A DNA stretch of 41,501 nucleotides from NCBI GenBank assembly GCA_003151555.1, contig PLXU01000043.1, forward strand, positions 230 through 41,730, read 5' to 3'. Shown here piece after piece: positions 36,346 to 41,501 of this stretch. Origin of the DNA: Acidimicrobiaceae bacterium (GTDB lineage: Bacteria; Actinomycetota; Acidimicrobiia; Acidimicrobiales; RAAP-2). The notes beneath the pieces are model-generated. The model did not search any database and was not told where the DNA came from. It saw nothing but the letters and a program-made list of their open reading frames with translations. The position numbers and the translations under genes are program-made. Every line of letters begins with the position of its first letter. The stretch's first letter is position 1.

Positions 36346-37201
36346 TCTCTCTCAACTCATCCACGTAGATGATTCGGAAGACTTCGTCCATGCTAACTAC
36401 CTCGTCATTCGCGTCGGCCAGTCTCTTGTTTTTCATCAAGAGGCCGAACGTTTCTTGGAGTGCCTTGACTTGAGCGCGAATTCCGTAATTGGCGAAGATT
36501 ATTAGTTTGAACCCAGCATCATCCAGGGCTTGGTAACTAATGGTGTTATAGGTAGTTGGAACGCATACAAGTGGCCTGGTCTCGGTCTTGTACCACGTCT
36601 CCGCGAACTCGAGAATGGGTTCGGAGTCGGTTCCCTTGTGGTGGATCAGAATGCCCTCTGCACCCTCGTCGGCGTACTCCTTCGCCCGTTCCAATGCCAC
36701 CTTCATGCCGAGGCCCTTTATCAGTGCCTCAGTACGGGCAATCACGGCAAAGCCGGTGTCCGTTCGCTGCTCCAACGAAGCTTGAATTTTGCCGCGAAAT
36801 GTGCTCGACTTCTCGAGTTCTTGTTGCATTCCATCGTAAAACGAGCATCTCTTGGGGAAGATGTTGTCCTCTATGCAAATGCCACTCGCCCCAACCTTTT
36901 CGAATTCTCGGACCAATCGAATCGTATTGATGGCATTACCACCTCCAGCATTACCGTCGACCAGGACTGGAATCTTGACTCGATCGACGATCTTGGATAC
37001 GACCTCGACGTAGTCTTCAGGGCCGAGAATGTCGGCATCGGGAAGTCGTGCCGCCGCGTGGACTTCGAAACTCGAAATCCATAGCCCGTCAACACCCGCC
37101 TCCTCGGCGATCTTCGCGCCTAGGGCATTGTGGACGCCCATCAAAACAGAGGCGTGTTCTCCTCGTAAGAGTTCGAGAATTGTCGTGTCTGGATGGATCA
37201 C
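36323..37201 (-). CDS. pepM: Phosphoenolpyruvate mutase (ICL/PEPM superfamily) with a non-canonical motif
   Basis: GVHNALGAKIAEEAG, LPDA, IEDNIFPKRCSF, ARTEALI, ILIH, VPTTY, IFANYGIRA; first gene of a ppd-transaminase-cytidylyltransferase operon. Confidence 0.8.
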   Translation of the reverse strand: MIHPDTTILELLRGEHASVLMGVHNALGAKIAEEAGVDGLWISSFEVHAAARLPDADILGPEDYVEVVSKIVDRVKIPVLVDGNAGGGNAINTIRLVREFEKVGASGICIEDNIFPKRCSFYDGMQQELEKSSTFRGKIQASLEQRTDTGFAVIARTEALIKGLGMKVALERAKEYADEGAEGILIHHKGTDSEPILEFAETWYKTETRPLVCVPTTYNTISYQALDDAGFKLIIFANYGIRAQVKALQETFGLLMKNKRLADANDEVVSMDEVFRIIYVDELRENEDRYVR

Positions 37202-37768
37202 TGATTGAACCGGCCTTCCGCTGCCTAAGAGTTGGACACCATTCTAGGCAGTTGTTCCAGAGCCCCAATAGCGAAGCTGAATGGTGAAAGTTCGATCAAA
37301 CTGAGAAGCTACGAACGGCGTATCGACGGTTGCACGGCCACCTCGACGCGAGCCAGGCAGTTATTGACTCCTTGCAAAATGATAATTCAGATAACCCCAA
37401 TCTCTTTGGTGACTCTGCTGGCGCCGAGCCCGACCACAGAAAGCGGGGGCCCGACACCAACGAGACCTCGATCCCTGAAATACCGAAGGTGGAGTGGACA
37501 CCTGGGCAAGGCATCCTTACGAGCCTTTGGAAGAGAATGCATTCAATTGAGCGAAGCACGCTCACTTCGTATCAAGTCATCACTCAAGACATTGAGTACA
37601 TGATTGCTCTCAACCGCCATCACGATAGGTGGTTTACTGCCGTCGTCGAGTTACGACAGTGCTGCGACAGCGAGAAGTGGCAAACAGGAGCGAATGGTGG
37701 CGAACAGTAGCGAAAGCCAACGTCAGTGGTTGCAATGACTTTTTCAGTCGTAGCAACAAGATCAAGCC

Positions 37769-37842
37769 TGGAGCGGGCGACGAGAATCGAACTCGCGTTC
37801 TCAGCTTGGGAAGCTGATGTTCTACCGCTGAACTACACCCGC
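37769..37842 (-). tRNA. tRNA-Gly (anticodon CCC), CCA encoded
   Basis: Reverse complement GCGGGTGTAGTTCAGCGGTAGAACATCAGCTTCCCAAGCTGAGAACGCGAGTTCGATTCTCGTCGCCCGCTCCA folds as a 74-nt cloverleaf. Confidence 0.97.
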
Positions 37843-37942
37843 GCGTATTTAATGGTACTGCCCGGCTCAATCGTCGCTTGAGGTGCCTAACGGCCCGGTA
37901 GTTGGGACCGGCCGGCGGCGTGGGACTATCGTTGCCAAGGTT

Positions 37943-38509
37943 ATGGTGCTCTCCGATCGATCCATCAAAGAGGCTCTCGAGCAAGGTCGAATCATCATTG
38001 AACCGTTGAACGACGACTGCATTCAGCCTTCCTCGGTGGACCTACATATTGATCAACTATTTCGGGTATTTCGAAATCACTCGCAACGGGTGATCGACGT
38101 GCGCGAAGCCCAAGAAGACCTGACCGAACTCATCGACGTCGGCACCTCCGATCCCATGATTTTGCACCCCGGTGAGTTTCTGCTCGGCTCGACGATCGAG
38201 CGGGTAGCCCTGCCCAATGACTTGGTCGCCCGGCTCGAGGGAAAGAGTTCGCTCGGCCGCCTCGGCCTTCTGATTCACTCGACGGCGGGCTTCGTGGACG
38301 CCGGATGGGACGGCCACCTCACGCTGGAACTTTCCAATGTCGCCAACCTGCCCATCACCCTCTATCCGGGCATGAAGATCGGACAGATCAGTTTCTTTGA
38401 AATGACGACACCGGCCGATCGACCCTACGGCGCGGCGGGCCTGGGCTCGAAGTACCGCGGTCAGCGCGGTCCGACGCCCAGTCGTTACTCAGAGAACTTC
38501 GAAAAGTAG
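37943..38509 (+). CDS. dcd: dCTP deaminase
   Basis: [55 protein letters not shown]. Confidence 0.97.
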   Translation: MVLSDRSIKEALEQGRIIIEPLNDDCIQPSSVDLHIDQLFRVFRNHSQRVIDVREAQEDLTELIDVGTSDPMILHPGEFLLGSTIERVALPNDLVARLEGKSSLGRLGLLIHSTAGFVDAGWDGHLTLELSNVANLPITLYPGMKIGQISFFEMTTPADRPYGAAGLGSKYRGQRGPTPSRYSENFEK

Positions 38510-38546
38510 AAACCACGTCCGAACGACCCCAGGAGAGGAGAGACCG

Positions 38547-40664
38547 GTGTTAGCTCGCATCATCATCGGCCTCGCGATAACGGTGGTTTGTTTTGGCGCG
38601 GCCGGACGACGCTTCTACTGGCTCTCTCGTCTCATTCGCGCCGGCCAAGCCGCGCCGCGGCGCTGGCAGGGTTTTCGAAAGGTCAGCGAAGCTGAAGTCG
38701 TCGAGGTCGCCGGTCAGAGCAAGCTCCTCAAATGGACGGTGCCCGGTCTGGCCCATTTTTTCACGATGTGGGGCTTTACCATCCTGCTCACCACCATCAT
38801 CGAGGCGTACGGGTCGCTCTTTGACCGCGACTTTCACATTCCCTGGATCGGCCAGAGCAACTGGCTGGCCTTCACCGAAGACTTCTTCGCCGCGGCCGTG
38901 CTGGTCGCGCTGGTGGTTTTCACCATTATTCGTATCCAGAACGCGCCGTCGCGCAAGGACCGCGGTAGTCGTTTCTACGGCAGCCACCTGGGTGCCGCCT
39001 GGGCCGTACTGGGAATGATCGCGCTGGTTATCATCACCCTGCTCCTCTACCGAGGCGCCCAGATAGATACCGGCTACTTTCCCTTTGTGCATCGCGTCGT
39101 CGCTCGGGGGACGGCCACCTACACGAGTTCCATCCCGCTCGCGGCGTCGCCGTGGGCCTTCGCCAGCAAGATTGTCGCCAGTTGGCTGCAACCGTTGGGC
39201 ACCGGTGTCAACAGCGTGCTCGAGGCGATCTTCCTGATGGCCAACGTGGCCGTCATCAGCGGCTTCCTCGTCTTCGTCTCCTACTCCAAGCACCTGCACA
39301 TCTTCTTCGCGCCCGTCAATATCGGCGTCTCGCGTCGGCCCCGGGCGCTCGGCGGCCTCGATAAGACCCCCGATATGGATATGGACAACGTCAGCGAGGA
39401 CACGGTCTTCGGCGCGGGCAAGATGGAGGACTTCACTTGGAAGCAGATGCTGGACTTCGCCACCTGCACGGAGTGCGGGCGCTGCCAATCGGTCTGTCCG
39501 GCGTGGACCACCGGCAAGCCCCTGAGCCCCAAGTTGGTCATCATGGGGCTGCGCGAGAACATGTTTGCCTCGGCCGACCGGCTCTTGTCGGGCGCCAGCA
39601 ACGCCAACGTGGCCACGCTGGTGCCCACCACGATCGACCCCGATGTGCTCTGGTCGTGTACGACGTGCGGTGCCTGCGTCGAGGAGTGTCCGGTGGACAT
39701 TGAGCACGTCGACGCCATTATTGACATGCGTCGCTACGAAGTGCTGATGGAGTCGCGCTTTCCCTCCGAGGCCGGTCTCTTGCTGCGCAACATCGAGAAC
39801 CAGGGCGATCCGTGGGGTCTGGGCGCGTCTAAGCGCACCGACTGGCTGGCGTCGTTGGACTTCGAGGTGCCCGTCATCGACGGCATCATCCCCGAGGACG
39901 TCGAGTACCTCTACTGGGTGGGCTGCGCTGGATCGCTCGACGAGCGGGCCCGCAAGCAGGTGGTCTCCACCGCGCGAATGCTGCACCGCGCGGGCGTCAG
40001 CTTCGCGGTGCTGGGACCGCGCGAGTCGTGCACCGGCGACCCGGCGCGGCGCATGGGCAACGAGTACCTCTTCCAGGAGATGGCCAAGGCCAACATCGCC
40101 ACGCTGAACGAGGTGGGCGCCAAGAAGATCGTGGCCAGCTGCCCGCACTGCTTTAACACGATGAAGAACGAGTACCCCGGCCTGGGCGGCAACTACGAGA
40201 TGATCCACCACGCCGAACTGCTGAGCCACCTGGTCGCCGCGGGCCGCCTGGTGCCCGGCGTGGCCTACACCGGCACGGTGACGTACCACGACCCCTGTTA
40301 CCTGGGCCGGCACAACCGGATCTTCGATCAGCCGCGCAGCGTGCTGGACGCCATTCCCGGCGTCAAGCACGTGGAAATGCAGCGCTGTCGAGAAAAGGGC
40401 TTCTGCTGCGGGGCGGGCGGCGCTCGCATGTGGTTGGAAGAGAACATCGGCAAGCGCGTCAACATGGAACGCACCGAGGAGGCATTGGCCACCGGCGCCG
40501 ACACCGTCTCGACGGCCTGCCCGTTCTGCATGATCATGCTCGACGACGCCGTCAAGGCCAACGGCCGGGGCGACGATGTCTCGGTCATGGACATTTCTCA
40601 GGTGGTGGAGCGCTCGTTGATGGCTTCGGCGACCCCGAGTCCGCCCGAGAGCCCAAATTCGTAG
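38547..40664 (+). CDS. Membrane-bound Fe-S oxidoreductase (FadF/EtfD-like: TM domain + 2x[4Fe-4S] + two CCG domains)
   Basis: TM helices with H..TMWGF and SKHLH; [12 protein letters not shown]; [12 protein letters not shown]; VGC, SCTGD, CPHC, YHDPC, CCGAGG, ACPFC. Confidence 0.92.
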   Translation: MLARIIIGLAITVVCFGAAGRRFYWLSRLIRAGQAAPRRWQGFRKVSEAEVVEVAGQSKLLKWTVPGLAHFFTMWGFTILLTTIIEAYGSLFDRDFHIPWIGQSNWLAFTEDFFAAAVLVALVVFTIIRIQNAPSRKDRGSRFYGSHLGAAWAVLGMIALVIITLLLYRGAQIDTGYFPFVHRVVARGTATYTSSIPLAASPWAFASKIVASWLQPLGTGVNSVLEAIFLMANVAVISGFLVFVSYSKHLHIFFAPVNIGVSRRPRALGGLDKTPDMDMDNVSEDTVFGAGKMEDFTWKQMLDFATCTECGRCQSVCPAWTTGKPLSPKLVIMGLRENMFASADRLLSGASNANVATLVPTTIDPDVLWSCTTCGACVEECPVDIEHVDAIIDMRRYEVLMESRFPSEAGLLLRNIENQGDPWGLGASKRTDWLASLDFEVPVIDGIIPEDVEYLYWVGCAGSLDERARKQVVSTARMLHRAGVSFAVLGPRESCTGDPARRMGNEYLFQEMAKANIATLNEVGAKKIVASCPHCFNTMKNEYPGLGGNYEMIHHAELLSHLVAAGRLVPGVAYTGTVTYHDPCYLGRHNRIFDQPRSVLDAIPGVKHVEMQRCREKGFCCGAGGARMWLEENIGKRVNMERTEEALATGADTVSTACPFCMIMLDDAVKANGRGDDVSVMDISQVVERSLMASATPSPPESPNS

Positions 40665-40702
40665 TTCATACGCCCGAAACACGTTCCTAACCGTTCTGAA
40701 AT
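40665..40702 (+). promoter_or_regulatory. GlnR box (two tandem a-b sites)
   Basis: TTCAT-n6-GAAAC-n6-CTAAC-n6-GAAAT matches the actinobacterial gTnAc-n6-GaAAc repeat, upstream of amt. Confidence 0.75.
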
Positions 40703-40773
40703 CCTCGGTAGGAAAAATGGTGCCAACCACCTGAGGTCAGCGCCGCCCTCTCCTAGTTACTGAAGGAGTGCAC

Positions 40774-41501
40774 GTGCTCTCTGCGGCGACCAACATTCCC
40801 TATCCCAGTTGGCTGAATCCGGCTGATAATACCTGGCAACTCGTCGCGGCGACCCTGGTCGGCATGATGAGTCTGCCGGGCTTGGCCGTGCTCTACGGCG
40901 GTCTGGTGCGCAAGAAGTGGATCGTCAACACCATGATGATGATCTTCGCCGGATTCTCCGTCACGCTGATCGTGTGGATGCTCTGGGGCTACAACATGGC
41001 CTTCGGACCAATATCGCACTTCGGACCCACGGGCTCCTTCTGGAGCGGGTTCATAGGCCACTTCGAACCGCTGGCGACGGCCAGTTCGGAGCAGGGCCAG
41101 GCGGTGTCGGGGGCCAATACGCTCATCCCCTTCCACTTCCCGACCGCGACGCTGGCCTACTTCCAGTTCGTGTTCGCGGCCATCACTCCCTTGCTCTTCG
41201 TGGGTGGGCTGGTGGGGCGCCTCAAGTTCAAGGCCTGGCTGCTGATCGTGCCGCTATGGATCACCTTGATTTACTGTGTGAACGCCTGCCTGCTCTGGGG
41301 CGGCGGATTCTTTGCCCAGAAGGGTGCGGTGGACTTCTCGGGTGGCTATGTCATCCACCTGAGCGCGGGGGTGGCCGCCTTCGTGGGCGCCGCCATCCTC
41401 GGACCGCGCCGCTGGCAGGATCGAGAAAACGCCTTTCCGAGCAACCTGATGCTGGTGGCCGTGGGAGCGGGCATCATCTGGCTGGGCTGGAACGGCTTTA
41501 A
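40774..41501 (+). CDS. amt: Ammonium transporter, 3'-truncated by the window edge
   Basis: Absent from the ORF track in this frame. GTG after AAGGAG gives MLSAATNIPYPSWLNPADNTWQLVAATLVGMMSLPGLAVLYGGLVRKKW...FQFVFAAIT...DFSGGYVIHLSAG...WLGWNGF. Confidence 0.95.
   Translation, partial: MLSAATNIPYPSWLNPADNTWQLVAATLVGMMSLPGLAVLYGGLVRKKWIVNTMMMIFAGFSVTLIVWMLWGYNMAFGPISHFGPTGSFWSGFIGHFEPLATASSEQGQAVSGANTLIPFHFPTATLAYFQFVFAAITPLLFVGGLVGRLKFKAWLLIVPLWITLIYCVNACLLWGGGFFAQKGAVDFSGGYVIHLSAGVAAFVGAAILGPRRWQDRENAFPSNLMLVAVGAGIIWLGWNGF

Noticed and set aside
38550-40730. 726-aa minus-strand ORF
   Set aside because: Antisense shadow of the Fe-S oxidoreductase, expected with high-GC codon bias; no motifs.
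40917-41501. 194-aa plus-strand ORF in the track
   Set aside because: Wrong frame; the real gene is amt starting at 40774 and running off the window.

Overview
GC-rich actinobacterial DNA. The taxon is inferred from the tRNA-Gly(CCC)-dcd arrangement, a GlnR box and mycobacterial-style coxM; Acidimicrobiia-like is only a guess. From left to right the window holds: (1) the start of an aerobic CO-dehydrogenase-type locus (coxM, partial coxS, DUF5134 protein, split xdhC/coxF), a ferredoxin and a frameshifted O-methyltransferase pseudogene; (2) a ~21 kb catabolic cluster for an unknown substrate (SDR, thiolase + DUF35, ALDH, ThDP enzyme, RpiR regulator, two class III CoA-transferases, crotonase, LIV-type ABC transporter, LLM oxidoreductase, and a Mo-hydroxylase whose catalytic Glu appears replaced by Gln), with one motif shared by both promoter regions; (3) a ~12 kb accessory region downstream of tRNA-Gly(CCC), marked by two partial copies of the tRNA 3' end and carrying a GT2, a PIG-L deacetylase, a Lnu/ANT-like nucleotidyltransferase fused to a 2H phosphoesterase, an InlB B-repeat surface protein, a TetR/NAD(P)-oxidoreductase pair and a five-gene 2-aminoethylphosphonate-type operon with a non-canonical PEP mutase motif; (4) core genes dcd, a membrane Fe-S oxidoreductase and a partial amt with a GlnR box. 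All calls come from reading motifs by eye; no searches were run.
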